Shown here: positions 36,360 through 50,438 of the stretch, piece after piece
Numbering within the stretch: the first letter of the stretch is position 1
How the letters are laid out: every line of letters begins with the position of its first letter
Assembly: GCF_018350175.1 (NCBI RefSeq)
Contig: NC_058368.1
Coordinates: 187,118,001-187,182,000, forward strand
Length of the DNA: 64,000 nucleotides
Origin: Felis catus
Taxonomy: Eukaryota
Reading direction: 5' to 3'
The notes under the pieces: model-generated
The model's input: the letters and a program-made list of their open reading frames with translations, nothing else
What the model was told of the DNA's origin: nothing
Databases searched by the model: none
Program-made: the position numbers and the translations under genes

Positions 36360-37470
36360 CTTTTTTATAGTTTTCATTCTTAGTTAAAATTCTCCATCTC
36401 TTCATAAACTTCCCACTTTCTTCCACCAGATTCCTTAGCATATCGATCAGTTAAAGTCTTTCTTCTAATTCCAACACTGGATTCCTTATATTGACTATTT
36501 TTTTTCTTGATTATGAGTCACCTTTTCATGCCTCTTTGACCGCCTCATAATTTTTGGTTGTATGCTGGACATTGTATATAAAAAGAACCATAGAATAAAA
36601 TACAACTCCTTGAAAAGAGTATTTCCCTTTCTATTCAGACTGCTAATGTGGAAATTTAAGTCCATCTAATAATCTAACCTGCAATTGAGCTGGTTCTGGG
36701 AATTGTTGCAATTTTAGTTAAATTCAGTTCACTATTGGCTTCAACAGATTTAATGGCAGGATCAGAGTTTTCCCTTCATCAGGGTTTGGGAATCTCATTA
36801 CTATTGAGAATTTTGAGAACTTTCTATCCTCTACAATTAAGTTTCTAGCTCCCCAAATGGTGTGAGGTCTCTTTTTTTATGATATAGCCACCAGCTTCTT
36901 AGTTTTTTCTGCTTTATTCAATTTCTCCATCATACTACTCTGACACCAGCTATCAGAAAATTCCTGCTTTATAAAAAAAAAAAAAAAAGATGGGTACCTT
37001 GCCTTACATTTGGTGAAGGCCCATTCCCATAAAGGAAATTCTATCATATCTCCTGGACTACCACTTGTTTTGGCACTCAAATCCTGTGCACTTTATAAAG
37101 GTGCTGTGGAAAAGGAGTGGCATGTGAGCGAATTCTTGCTTTGGTTTGCATTGTTCAGGATTCTAATTTGTCATGCCAGCCCACACCTGACCACTTGGCC
37201 TTGAAAATAATTGTTATAAATTGGTCTTGGTTCTCACTAAATCTATTTATGCCAGCTTTGAGCCTCTGTCTGCCATTCCTTCAGGGATGTAAAAAGTTGT
37301 GGCATTCTCCCCTAGGAGTAGCTCATCCCTTTAGGTTTATTTCATTTAGGTTTCTTTATATCCTCTGCTCTATGAATAATTTTTTAATATGATTTTGTGG
37401 TTGATTTAGCTTTATATTATTGTCAGGGTGCAGTCTCTTACAACATTCTATGTTATAACTGGAAGAAGAA
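36360..37470 (-). mobile_element. Ancient L1M 5' region fragment
   Basis: TAATTTTTGGTTGTATGCTGGACATTGT motif, related to the plus-strand L1M segment at ~43.7 kb. Confidence 0.45.
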
Positions 37471-38083
37471 ATAATACAGTGAAAATTGAAAATCTTCTTG
37501 CTCCCTACATACATCCATAAACACAGTTTATTTGTGTGTGTGTGTTTGTGACTTTAAAATAAATATGTAAAATAAATATATAACCTGCTATGCATTCCTT
37601 CTACACCTTCCTTTTTTTCCCAACAATGTATTGAGTGTGTATTTCCCTGTCAACACAGGTAAAGCTACCACATTCTTTGAACACTTGTATAGTATTCCAT
37701 AATTTCCTAGCGATTTCTTACCGATGGACCTTTAGTCATTAAGTGTTTTTACATTATAAATAACACTTACAGGAATAATCTTACAAAGGTAGGCAAATTT
37801 TTATATTTCTAAGTTTGAATACTGAGCAGTAAAGTAGCTAGTTTGAAGGTATTTACTTCCTTTAAAATATAATATTAAATACACTTGAATCTTTTCAGAA
37901 AACTGTGGCATCATTATGGTATCACTATGCTGTTGGGATGCCCTGACCACCTGTTGACAAGTGTTGAGCTATTTAACCCCTTGTATAAAGGCCTGACAGC
38001 AAAGTAACCAAAAGTAGATTCTTTGGAATGCTAGTGCCATGAATATTCCATAAAAAGGGGTTCAGTAGCCAAGTTAGATTGGG

Positions 38084-38215
38084 AACCCCTATATACTATG
38101 TCCACACATCCTCCTTAGAGGTCTTGAATATACTTCAACATAATAAATAAACCCCTATATACTATGTCCACACATCCTCCTTAGAGGTCTTGAATATACT
38201 TCAACAAAATAAACA
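38084..38215 (+). repeat. 66-bp tandem duplication
   Basis: Copies start at 38084 and 38150; first 57 nt identical. Confidence 0.95.
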
Positions 38216-38578
38216 TAATATACTTAAACATAAAAGATTTGTGAATCTATGCAAAAGAGTAATCTATCTTGCTTTATTTATCCTAGTGTTTTCCATACCT
38301 TTTGATCAAGAAACTCTTTCGTTGCTTATTATGTGTTGACACCCTATAGAAAGAACATAATTTGGGAAATGCTGCTCCAATTTCTTTAATAAATAAAAAC
38401 AGTCCTGTTTCTCCTCTCTCTTCACTTATGGTTAGGCTTTCAGCACTTTCACAATGAGTTGTGCTTTTCTTCTAATATGTAAGTCTCCTAGTCCAGAAAG
38501 TCCATTCCCTCTTAGAAATGAGGAACCATCTCTAAGACATGGGGAACCATCTCTAAGAGGTAGGATTGTTTGTGAACT

Positions 38579-38796
38579 GGGGTACCTGGGTGACTCAGTC
38601 AGTTAAACATCCAACTTCGGCTCAGGTCATGATCTCACAGCTTTGGTTTTGAACCCCACATCAGGCTCTGTGCTGACAGCTCAGAGCCTGGAACCTGCTT
38701 CGGATTCTGTTTCTCCCTCTCTCTCTGCCCCTCCCCCATTTCTCTCTCTGTCTCTCCACCCCCCCCCCACAAAAATAAACATTTAAAAAATTAATA
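38579..38796 (+). mobile_element. Feline SINE
   Basis: TSD ATTGTTT(G/A)TGAACT at 38565-38578 and 38797-38810. Confidence 0.93.
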
Positions 38797-39149
38797 ATTG
38801 TTTATGAACTAAAAATTGGCACTTTGAGAGAGGACTTAATGAGTTTTCTCATGAGTCAATTATGAGAACTTTTAATGCCTGAACTCTATTGAACTTATTT
38901 GGCTTTCTCAGAGCTCTTCTTTCAAGATTCTCATCTGTGTTTTTCCATAAGTGAAGTATGATGTGCTTATTTATCTCCTTAACTCATGATTCAGGGAAGT
39001 CACTTGCTTATGTAAGGCTTAGACAAGGAGAATGTATCATAACAGAAGAGGAAGAGTGGGAAAGTTCAGTAATCTTATTCACCATAAGATAGCAGAAGAG
39101 AGCTGTGCATTTAAATAGAGAGATTGTATGCTAGGTAGAGTCACCATTA

Positions 39150-39410
39150 ACTGTAAACTTATTATATGCCAACCATGATGCTAAGAAGTTTACCTGAATT
39201 ATTGCATTTACTTCATTCAACAACAGGCTCAGAAAGTATTACTGTTATCTCCACTGGACAGGTAAAGAATTTTAGACCCAATGAAACTAAAAACTAATAC
39301 TAATTTGTTTAAAGTCATAAAGCAAATGAAAAACTAACTGGCAAAGCTGAGATTTAAACTAAGTCTGTTCCATTTCAAAGTCTGCTTTTTGACCACTACA
39401 CTATTCTCTC
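39150..39410 (-). mobile_element. MIR relic
   Basis: TATATGCCAA..ATGCTAAG..GTTTAC...GGCAAAGCTGAGATTTAAACTAAGTCTG. Confidence 0.6.
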
Positions 39411-40344
39411 CACCATGAGTGTATATGTAAGAAAGACACAGACAGAAAATGAGATTGAAACTAACCAAAGCTGTTGCTTTCATATGTCATATTAATTCAG
39501 ATGAGAGTCAGAGATTGAAGGCCAGGACAACTGGGGTAAAATCTCCACTTATCAGTCATCTATCTAGATTGCATTCTGTATGCTGTCTTCATTTCTCCTC
39601 TGGAGCTTCCACTGACATCAGTTGTAGAATATGCAATAGAAATCTTCACTGCAGATAAAGGGCCTATAGAGCATCTCTGAGCTAAGAAAAAGCTCAGTCC
39701 AGAGAGTTTCATATACAGAAATTTGGCTCAATTCCTAAAGAATTTGGATTACATGTGGTCAACAATGTTTTCTCTGGGGATAACCAGTCAGTACCAGGAC
39801 AAAATAAGGCTTAGATTAATCTGCAGCTGGAAGCACATTTAAGAAAGCAAAGCACAGGTTTTTCAAGCTCAAAAACTTTAGACCTATTTGATCTAGTGCT
39901 GTGATTACAATTTGTCACATGCAGAAAACATATTCATCAAATATGTATTGAGCACTTCATTTCCAAGTACCATGTCAGTTCTTGCAATGCCTACACAAAC
40001 ATACAGTGATTGGACAAAATTAAGGAATGAACTGCTTGAGTACATCTGGGAAGATTATTTTAAAAAAAGGGGGAGATTAAAGAAAATATAAAAATGTGTA
40101 CTACTAACTTCTGACATACAAATAAACATTAGCAAGAAATCACCTAAATGGCATTAGTAAAATGAGTTTTATATTAGAAATTTCATGCGCATTCAAATAT
40201 TTGCTGAGCAACTCTTACATGCTGAGTATGTGCTAGATCCTGGGAATTTGGAGGATGCATAGACGGTTTTTTATCCCAAACATCTTATAGCTGAATGGAA
40301 AAGAGAGACATTAAAAATATAATAATCATACAACTTACTAATGG

Positions 40345-40869
40345 TGTTAAAAACAAAAGTCATCCGGGGCGCCTGGGTGGCTCAGTTGGTTAAGCGTCCG
40401 ACTTCAGCTCAGGTCACAATCTCACGGTCCGTGAGTTCGAACCCCACATAGGGCTCTGGGCTGATGGCTCAGAGCCTGGAGCCTGCTTCCGATTCTGTCT
40501 CCCTCTCTCTTTGCCCCTCCCCCATTCATGCTCTGTCTCTCTCTGTCTCAAAAAAAAAAAAAAAGTTAAAAAAAAACCCACAAAAGTCATCCTTGTAAAC
40601 TTGAAGATCTAACTGGCTTTATTAAAGTATTTATGAATCAGGAAGCATACCGTCTTAATAAGTAGAGGAGATCTCCAATGAGATAAACAAAATAAGGGTT
40701 TTTTTAAAGGCAAATAGAGGACATTAAAAAAAAGAAAGGAATTTATTAGCAAAGAATTCAATTTAGGCAAGATTACCCTCCTAAAGAGATCTTAAAGGGG
40801 TCTATCAGTAAATTTTTCAGGTCTTAACCTAAGTGCTGCCATTTTGGGCCTGTGGTTTTCTTTTAAACA
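40345..40869 (-). mobile_element. Probable ERV1-class solo LTR, interrupted by a SINE and inserted in an L2 relic
   Basis: TGTT...AACA termini, minus-strand AATAAA at ~40618, 4-bp flanks ATGG/AGGG. Confidence 0.5.
40366..40579 (+). mobile_element. Feline SINE
   Basis: Perfect TSD ACAAAAGTCATCC at 40353-40365 and 40580-40592. Confidence 0.95.
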
Positions 40870-42606
40870 AGGGATATAATAGCATAAACAAAAAAGTGAA
40901 TAAAAGTCATAAACAATTGGTTAACCTCTGTAAAATGCATAAAGCTAGTTGACCAGTTATATTTAACTTCTGGAAATACTAGAAAAGACTTTGAGGATCA
41001 CAGAAAAATCCCCCTTTGCCAAGGAGGAAACCAGGCACAGAGAAAGAAGGTAGCTGACTCAAAGCTAGCAATTGGCAGAATGGTACTCGGAACATCCTTG
41101 ACACCCATGCTACTGCCTCTCAAGTGCATTTGAGAACCCTTTTTTGGAGATATTAAAAAAAAAAACTAACCTTTTCTGGCACACTTCTCAACTGGGAAAC
41201 AGTTGTTCCTACAGATTTTCGACTCCTGGGCTGCTTCGGTTACAATGAACATTTGTGAGCATGCCTAAATATTTGCCAGAGAGCAATGGAAAACACAAGC
41301 AATTTGAAATAAACACTTTCATTATAGAATGTGATAGGGGGTACTTTTTTGTAAACTATTTTACATTAGAATCACCTGTAACAAAGTGGGAAATGCTGGT
41401 ATTTACTGAAAATTCTTCTTGGCATAGCAGGCGTGCAAATAAAGAGCTGCTGCATTTCTGCAATGTCACTACTTGGAGGTTTGTTAGAGGACTTCTTGTT
41501 TGTGTTGGATATGTCTCCAGGCCACAAAGAGCTGTCTTTTCCAGGAATTAGTTTAACCCCTTTACTATTCATAAAATAATGAAAACTGGAAAACCAATAT
41601 CCACCTGCTATTCAGTCTGAAGCCCTTTTTAGTTTTATTCACAGGACTACTGAGATAGACAGCTAGAAAGCTTTGTAGCAACTAGATGGGAATCTTAAAC
41701 ATGTTCATGTACTGCAGCCTCAAAATTCTACTTCCTAGAGTTTAAGAGAGGTTATTAAAAAGGAAAAAAATAAGGATTCACTGTATGAAGAGAACTGGTT
41801 ACAATAGTAAGAATTATATAAACACCTTAGATGTCAAATAATGGAGACAAGCCAGGCAAATTAGATCAATTTTAGAACATTATAAAGCTATTAATAATAA
41901 CAGCTGTCTAGATGCATGAAAAAAATGCTTAACATAATGTTTTCATTTCTAACATTATGGCTGATTAAATAAAGTAAAAATTTTATAAGGCAATTTGACT
42001 ACATACTCTGAAAGACACCTAGAAGTGAAAATACAACAAACATCCTTATAAGTGCTAGCTAAGCACTGAAGAAATAAAGAAAATGCCAAGGGGTCAAAAC
42101 CAAAGAGAAACAGAAAAAGAGAGAAATCATGGATATTGTTACTGAGTGCCTATAGTGAGTTTTAGGGATGGCAGCTAGGGCTGATATTCTCCATAATGTA
42201 AGAACTTGAATATTTTAACAAACACTAGCATGCAATAGCCAAAATCTTGGGCCTCAGTTATTTGAGGAATCTTGAATTAAGTTGCCTTTGTAAAACTAGA
42301 AACTTCTAAGGATTACAACTTTAGTGAAAGACAATAACTGAAGAACAATTTGCTTATCAACATCGGGACACTAGAAGTTTATGTACCATGTCCTGAAGGT
42401 ATAAAGAAGCCTCCCCTGAAAATTGATAATGAGTATGCCTTCGTTTATGTTTGGAGTTTGAATTTTATGCCATCTGCTTGGTCCAGGAATTATTGTGCTG
42501 TAAAATTCATACAAAAACAGTCTTGAGTTTTTCTGCTTCTGCCTTGATGGAATAACTAAACTAAACTTTATTCCCTCCACGAATGACTGGAAAACTAGAC
42601 AAAACT

Positions 42607-42817
42607 GGGGCACCTGAGTGGCTCAGTCAGACTTCAGCTCAGGTCATGATTTCATGGTTCCTGAGTTCAAGTCCTGCATTGGGCTCTGTGCTGACAGCTC
42701 AGAGCCTGGAGCCTGCTTCGGATTCTGTTCCTCCCCCTTTCTCTCTCTCTGTCCCTCCTCTGTTTGTGCACTGTCTCTCTTTCTCAAAAATAAATATTTT
42801 TAAAAATTAAAAAAAAA
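42607..42817 (+). mobile_element. Feline SINE with a small deletion at the A-box end
   Basis: TSD GAAAACT(A/G)GACAAAA at 42590-42604 and 42818-42832. Confidence 0.92.
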
Positions 42818-43409
42818 GAAAACTGGACAAAATAAATGACACAATGAACAAAAGACCGTATAGGGCTGTAATCCCTAAGAAAAGGGAAACAAATATGGTA
42901 AGATTTCTATTGTCCTAACTTCTGCCTGTGGACACTTTCCATACTACAGTGTAGAGAGGGAGAACCCAAGTAAATCACAGCAGACTTGGTGATTTCAGAA
43001 AGCTGAAATAGCATACAAGAAGACTTAGGTGAAAGGAACTTGGAAAGCCAGTGTACCAGAAAAGAGGAAACTATTAGGGAAAGTAAAAAAAAAAAGTTCC
43101 TGGAAATTGTATAGGGTCCCTTTGATTCTGTTGCTTAATATTAAAATGGACATGTGCAGGATGAAACTATAGGAGAACAACTGAAGGAAAACTTCAAGAT
43201 GGCATTCTGGTCAATTCACAGGGCTCATGCAGGGCTGGGAGATGCCTATACTCTGAAATAATAGAATACGGGTAATCATCGGATACTGAAGGTGCTCAGT
43301 AGCAACCCCATAAGACCACACCTTACATACCTGAGTAAGTGGACTAAATTTGGCTGTAGAGTAGAAGTTACTTCAGTCTGACTCTAAGGAATCTTAAAAT
43401 ATGATTCAA

Positions 43410-43620
43410 GGGGCACCTGGGTGGCTCAGTCGGTTAAGCATCTGACTTTGGCTCAGGTCATGATCTCACGGTGAGTTCGAGCCCCGCGTCGGGCTCTGTG
43501 CTGACAGCTCAGAGCCTGGAACCTGCTTCATTCAGATTTTGTGTCTCCTCCTCTCTCTGCCCCTCCCATGCTCATGCTCTGTCTCTGTCTCTCAATAATA
43601 AATAAATGTTTAAAAAATAT
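43410..43620 (+). mobile_element. Feline SINE
   Basis: TSD ATATGATTCAA at 43399-43409 and 43621-43631. Confidence 0.94.
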
Positions 43621-44853
43621 ATATGATTCAAAAGATCAGCATGACCTACAAATAATCTACCCAACTGCCAGAACAAAGTCCAATACTCATTAAAAGAAGA
43701 TGAGAGATTCTGATACACAACAATATATAAAACTCACAATGTCTAGTATCCAATCAAATACTACTAGACTTAACAATGAAACATGAAGATGTGATCCATA
43801 TCCAGGAGAAAAAGCCAGTCAGGAGATACATATCCAGAAATAACAGAGATGATGCAATTAGTAGACAACAACCTTAAAATACCTGTTATAAATATTCTTA
43901 GTTATTTAAAAGAAAATGGAACATAGTAAGGAGAGAAATAAAAGATATAAAGAACCAAATGGAACTTTAAAAGCTGAAAATTATATTCAACAAAGAATTC
44001 ACGAGATGGGACGAACAGCCAATTTCACATTACAGAAGAAAAGATTGAGGTTAAAGGCCAAAGAGGAAGTCTACCTGAACTAAAGCAAAGAGAGAAACAA
44101 AATAATGGAGGAAAAAGAGAGAAAGACTTAGTGACATATGAGGCAACAATAAGTAAACTAATTATGTGTGCTTAGAATCCCAGAAGGGACAGTGGGGAGG
44201 GGGGGGGCAGTTTTTAAGTAATATTGTCTAAAAATTTTTCAAAAAATAATGAAAACTATAAAACTAAATCCAACAAGCTCAACAAAACTTCATGTAAGAT
44301 AAACATAAGAAAAACCACACTGCAATACATCTTAATTAAGTTGCTAAAAAGCAGTGATAAAAAAATCTTAAAAGCAACAAGAGGAAAAAAGACACATTAC
44401 CTAGAAAGGAACAAAAGTAAGAATAACTATAGAAAACATGATTGCATACAGGGAAAATTCTCAAAAACTACCAGAACAATAAGTAAATTTAGGAAAGTCA
44501 CAGGGTAAATATATAGAAGTCACTTACATTTTTATAAAAATGTAAAACAACCACTTAGCACCAAACAAAACAAAACAAAATCAAACCATTAAACAAAATA
44601 TGTTATCCACAAACCTCTGCTGAGAGAAAAAATTAAAAACCTAAATAAATAGGAAGACATACTAAATTCATGGATTGGGAGACTCCATGTTGTTAAGATG
44701 TCAGTTCTATTGAAATTTGACTATGAATCCCGTACAATCCTAATGAAAGTCCAAGCAGGCTTTATTGTAAAAATTTTAAAAGATGACTCTAAAATGTATA
44801 TGGAAATACAAAGACCTAACATAGTCAAATAAATTTTAATGAAGCACAGAGTC

Positions 44854-45075
44854 GGGGATGCCTTGGTGGTTCAGTCGGTTGAGTGTCCAACTTCGGCTCA
44901 GGTCATGATCTCATGGTCTGTGTGTTTGAGCCCCGCGTTGGGCTCTGTGCTGACCGCTCAGAGCCTGGAGCCTGCTTTGGATTCTGTGTCTCCCTCTCTC
45001 TTTGCCCCTCCCCCACTCATGCTCTATCTCTCTCTCTCTGTCAAAAATAAATAAATGTTAAAAAACATTTAAAAA
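44854..45075 (+). mobile_element. Feline SINE nested in an L1 ORF2 fragment
   Basis: GGGGATGCCTTGGTGGTTCAGTCGG head, CT tract, AATAAA tail. Confidence 0.92.
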
Positions 45076-45754
45076 GCTAGAAAAAATCTTTTAAAAAAGT
45101 TGGAGAACTTACACTATCTGATTTCTGGAATTATTATAAAATTGTTGTAATCAAGATACCATTGTATTGACATCCATATGGACAGGTAGATCAGTAGAAC
45201 AGAATAGAGACACCAGAAACAGATGCACATATATATGATCCATTGGTTTTTGACAGAGCAGTCAATGTAATTCAATAGGGAAAAATCATCTTTTCAAAAA
45301 TGGTGCTAGAATGACCGAACTTGAAAAAAATGAACTGACACTGGACTGTAATATTGAACCTAAAGCTATAAAACTTCTTAAAGAAAACATTCTTCTCTGT
45401 TCAGAATGGTAAAGCTAAAAAAACACATGCAAAAACAACTTATCAAGAATAAGTTATTAGCACAACAAATTATCAGAATCAGATGCTATGAACTTCTAGC
45501 AATGGAAATGGCAAAGGCTGTGAAATATGAATGATGAAACACATGAAAGAGGGCACTGAAATTATGACAAATGGAACAAGATTCTCTCAAAAATTACCCA
45601 GGGAGATTTAAAAAAAACAAATAGGATTTATGGAATAAAAGAAATAAAATTTAAAAATACAGTCAATGACTTTTAAAATTAATTGATGTGCTAGCTACAC
45701 AACAGACCAGACACGGAGAACAGAGAAGTAGAAAACTGGAATATAGCTAAAAAG

Positions 45755-45759
<5 letters not shown>

Positions 45760-45790
<31 letters not shown>
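45760..45790. repeat. (CA)n microsatellite
   Basis: Directly visible. Confidence 0.95.
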
Positions 45791-45791
<1 letters not shown>

Positions 45792-47516
45792 GAACAGCGA
45801 GTTAATGAGATAGAAATTCTGAGCGGGGGAAGAAATAGAGGAGAGGCTGATAGAGATGGTAGTGAGAGAAATTAAAATTGGGAGCCAATCAGAACTGTAG
45901 CTCTGGTATCTCAAATTAACTGGAGTGCAATTCAGAGATGCAATTCCATGCCATACTGAGACCTAGAGTAAGCTGGAGACTAGTTGACAGAGAGAAATCT
46001 TAGAAAAACTTGTAAACAATAGATGTTGTTTGCAAACAAACAACAGACTTCTCACTGCAAAATGGAAGAACAACAAAAATGGCGCTAGAGAAAAGTAACT
46101 TTTAACTTCAAAGTGTATATACAGCTAAGGTAGTACTAAAGAGTGAAAACAAAATAAAGATGTTTTCAGACAAAGATTAAAACAATGTAACACTAAGAGA
46201 TTCTCACTAAAACGTGAAAATTTGATGAGAACATAAACGTATTTGAAGACTATATTTAGCAAGTTGATATAATGGACACACAGGGAACCCAGCACCCAAA
46301 TTAGACAACAGGTATTTTGAGAACAGATATTTATAAAATTGTTCATGTATGAAACATAAAACAAATCTCAAATGCTAAAGAATTGGTATAATACTAAACA
46401 ATTTAATTAGAATAATTAAATGAATAAGCAATAACAAAAAAGATAACTGCCTTAAATTCTCATATAATTGGAAATATTAAAAATTCTAAGAGGTGAAAGA
46501 AAAAATAATAGAGACTTTAAAAGGTTAGGAACTAAAATATAATGAAAATGCTACATAACAATTTACAAACCTCAAAAGAAGAAAAACTAATGTCTGAAAG
46601 ACTCACATTATGAAAAAAGAAGAGCTAGCATGACAGGAAGGAAATAATAAAAATTAAAAAAAAGATGAACTAGAAAAAATAGAATAAAAAGTCAATAGCT
46701 GGTTCTTTGAGAAGACTTACTAAACCCTTCATACTTCTGGCAAAGTTGATCAAGGAAAGGAAGAGAAAAAACGGTAGAGGTTAAAAAGAAATACAGAATA
46801 TTATTTACAACTCTAGATCAGCAATTGTGAAGACTTTAGTTTCCATGATCAATATGTTTTCTTTAAAAATATAATTTATTAAAACTGATTCAAGAAAAAT
46901 AAAAAAGCTGAATGATTATTAAAAAGTATAGTACACACACAAAAAGGTCATAACCACTAAAGAAAATAAAAATGATAGTTTAAAAAGATCTGCCTTTCCC
47001 TCATTCCCAATCCCTTCTATACATACCAAGGCAGTTTTTCAGGTGAGTTTGACTTATGTTCAAGGAACAGATCATATCACTGTTTAACTGCCTTAGAAAA
47101 GGAAAGAATGGTTCCAATTCCATATGTAAAGCTGATATGACCTTGAAGCCTAATCAGACAAGAACATTAAGAAAGGAAAAGTATTGGCCATATCACAAAT
47201 GAGTGTACATGAAAAATCTAATAAAACTGTCAATGGGTTCTGAAAAATTATCTCAAAGGTTAAAAAGCAAGTCAGATTTGGAAAAAAATTTGAAATTTAT
47301 ATAACCAACCAAACATTATTATCTAGAGTCAATTAAGAAAGTTTATAAATCAACAACAATAAAAGACAAACTAATAGAAATGACATGCAAGACAGTCTGG
47401 TGAGCACTCAGTTTATAGGTGGAAAGGGAATAGACATAATTGCTACCCACAAAATGCCCACATCCCAATGAGGGGACAAGAAACAAACAGGTAAACAAAT
47501 CAAGCTGAATACATTT

Positions 47517-47971
47517 TGTTATGTATTTAATTGTGTCCTCTAAAATTCAGATGTTGAAGTCCTAACCCCCACTACCTCAAACTGTGAACTTGTTGGAAAA
47601 TAGGGTCATTGCATATGTAATGAATTAAAAGGGGATCATTAGGGTGGGCCCTAATCCACTATGACTGGTGTCCTAATAAGGAGGAGGAATTTTGATACTG
47701 AAATAGGCACACAGGTAGAATATCATGTAAAGATGAGGGTAGAGATGAGGCTGAAGCTTCTACAAGCCAAGGAATGTAAAAGATGGCCAGAAAACTACCA
47801 GAAACTAGGAGAGGGGCTGCAACAGATCCTTCCTTCACAGCCTTCAGAAGGAATCAACCCTGTCAACTTCTACATTTTGGACCTCTAGCCTCCAGAACTG
47901 TGAGAAAATAAATTGATGCTGTTTAACATACTCCGTTTGTGATACTCTGTTAAGGCAGCTGTGCAAATACA
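47517..47971 (+). mobile_element. MaLR solo LTR, MLT1C-like
   Basis: TGTT...ATGTTGAAGTCCTAACCCCC...AGGGTGGGCCCTAATCC...GCCTCCAGAACTGTGAGAAAATAAA...AATACA. Confidence 0.88.
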
Positions 47972-49144
47972 GAATGTAATCTTAATACATAAAGATAATA
48001 AGTGAAGAATGCATTAGAGAACAATGAGGGTTGTGCGTAGATAAAACAGTCAAGGAGAACTTTCCTAGGAATGTCTTATTTAAGCTAACATTGGAGGGAT
48101 AAAAAGGATGCAGGCAAGCCATGAGTTGGTGGCAGAACATCCCAGTGTGAGAGAATGATGTGGCCTACTGAGCTAAGATAGAGAAAAGCTAGTTTACAAT
48201 TTATTAAAAGAGAACATGATTGTGGGGGACAGTGGAAGGAATTGATGATAGAATGTAGATTTGGGGGCCTTTTGAAGGATAAATGATGACCAAAAACAGA
48301 ACATTCACAATCAGATTTGTCCTCCTATGTTTGGGGGTCATGAAGACCATGGTGAGGGTCCCCTGATATCCCTCAGTCACAGGCAATTTGCCTTCCTCAA
48401 GATATTGTGCTCGCAGAGAATATGGCATAATTGCCATTTCTGGGGATGTTAGAATAATAGCAGATTCATTAAATGCCTCCAATCTCAATCTGCCCTCCAA
48501 AATACCTTTACATCATCTCTGATATCTTCATTATTTGACTATTCCTTGTCCACTCACTGCCTCAAAGAATAGCCCATTCTGTTTCTCAGCTCTAACTTCA
48601 AAGTACACTTGGAACAGGTAATATAAGTACATGAAGCAAAATTTTAAAGATTAAAAAGATGGTTTACATAGAAAATTGTCTCTCCCCCCCACTCCCCTCC
48701 AAATAGTTTCCCTCCCAGAGGCAGTTACCAGCCAAGTCTATGCATTTATGAACAAACACAAAGATTTTCTTTTTGCAACACAATTGGTGCAACTATATAC
48801 CTCCTTCTGCCCCTTGTGTTTTTTTTTTCTCTTGGAGTTTCCATATCAGGATCTAGAGAATTGCTCATTCTTTTTTAATAAGTTGTATGCATAGTTTTCT
48901 TTTGTGCTTCTAATTTGTTGCTAGATTCTCTTTTACGGGGCTGACCTCTGGATCTCCATAATTTTTCCTCATAAGTCTTCTCTGGAGCACTTGAAAATGG
49001 AACTAATGCCACTTTTGTGCTGTACTGAATTCCCACATGAAGTAAGGAAAGTGTCCCTGGGGGGCTGGCACAGTGCTCTGCTGCCATAAACAACTATGGA
49101 AGTCATGGTGAATTCTGGAACCAGTACAGATACTGGTTACGAAG

Positions 49145-49355
49145 ACAGGATAGCCCATGTTCAAATCTGGGCTTTGCCACTTACAGCTAAGTGACCTTTG
49201 ACCAGTTACTCCAGCTCTCTGTCTCCTCAATTTATTCAACTGTAAAATGGGAATAATCACAGTATCCATGTAAATTATGTTGAGTGGATCACTTAATGAT
49301 GTTTATCAAATGCCCAGCACATGGTAAATGTTCAGTCAATGCTAATCATTGTTAT
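49145..49355 (+). mobile_element. MIR
   Basis: TTCAAATCTGGGCTTTGCCACTTACAGCT...CTGTAAAATGGGAATAAT...CAGCACATGGTAAATGTTCA. Confidence 0.8.
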
Positions 49356-50438
49356 CTACATCTTCTTTGGAGAATATAGATCAACCTCCCAGACTTCTTG
49401 GACATTGCTTGGAGTAAAAGACAAACACAGTGAAAAGAAACCTCTACTCTCAGCTCGCCTTTCTGCCTTCTAAACCTTGTCCCCTCTCCTATGATGGATT
49501 GTGTGCGTGTGCGCACATGTACTCTGATTATGGAAAGATGGCAATGCCCAGCCACTTTTTCACATCTTATCCTTACCAGCAACATGGGTATTTGACCTTG
49601 ATCTGTGTCAGATGAGTGTCATTTGACTTGGAATTGTCTTCCCATGGAATCCCCCCATCTTAAACCTGGGGCCATCTGCTCACACACACAGTTGTTAAAC
49701 ACACAGGAATCAGCAAGAGCCTCTGAGGCACTCAGGGCCACCATAAGCACTGTAAATGCTCTTAAGTGCCTTATATTTCACTGTACCTGGGAGGTTGGCA
49801 GACAGCAAGACAGCTTTCTGGCTCTGGAGAATGTGGATTAGTCTCAGTGGCCCTTCTTGGTGGGTGTGACCCAGTTAGTGTAGTCACCCAGAAAAGCTAA
49901 TGTGTGTTCATCCTCGAAACATGGCATTGCAACAAGCATTGCAGGCAGCTTTGGTTCAGTTTCTAAAATGAACAGACAGCTTAAAATCTCAGTGATGATC
50001 TAAATGATTTCTTCAAGATATACTCCATAAGACAGTTAAACTTAACAAGATACTGTTAAATAGCAATGATTGTTTAATAAGAATATGCTGAGGAACTCCC
50101 ATGTAGGCAACACATATTAGTATTAGTTATTGCTAAATGATTTTAAGCATCAGCATTTATATTTTAATATTTCTTATCAAATTGTAGTACTTATGTGCAG
50201 AATCCTAAATACAATACAAAAACAATGATATATAATCTTTAAGCTCTTCCTTTTTCCAAAAAGAATAAAAACTAATATGTATGATATGTGGGCACATACA
50301 ATATAACAAATGCTATTCTGATTACCTAACCTCACACTACACCATGAGATTGTCCTGTCTATATCTATTTTATATATAAGGAAACTGAGGCACAGAGTGG
50401 ATACATGACCTATAGTTAAACACCTCTAAGTGGAGGGT

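Larger units (their letters stand above)
41940..47395 (+). mobile_element. Cluster of old plus-strand L1M fragments (5' region, ORF1, ORF2) with nested SINEs
   Basis: KTTLQYILIKLLKSSDKKILKATRGKK (ORF1-like, 44224-44508); ORF2-like TCATGGATTGGGAGACTCCATGTTGTTAAGATGTCAG at ~44670; A-rich. Confidence 0.7.

Noticed and set aside
902..45054. Family of similar short ORFs (e.g. SAQVMIS...GSVLTAQSLEPASDSVSPSLS) that look like a multigene family
   Set aside because: All are translations of SINEC copies
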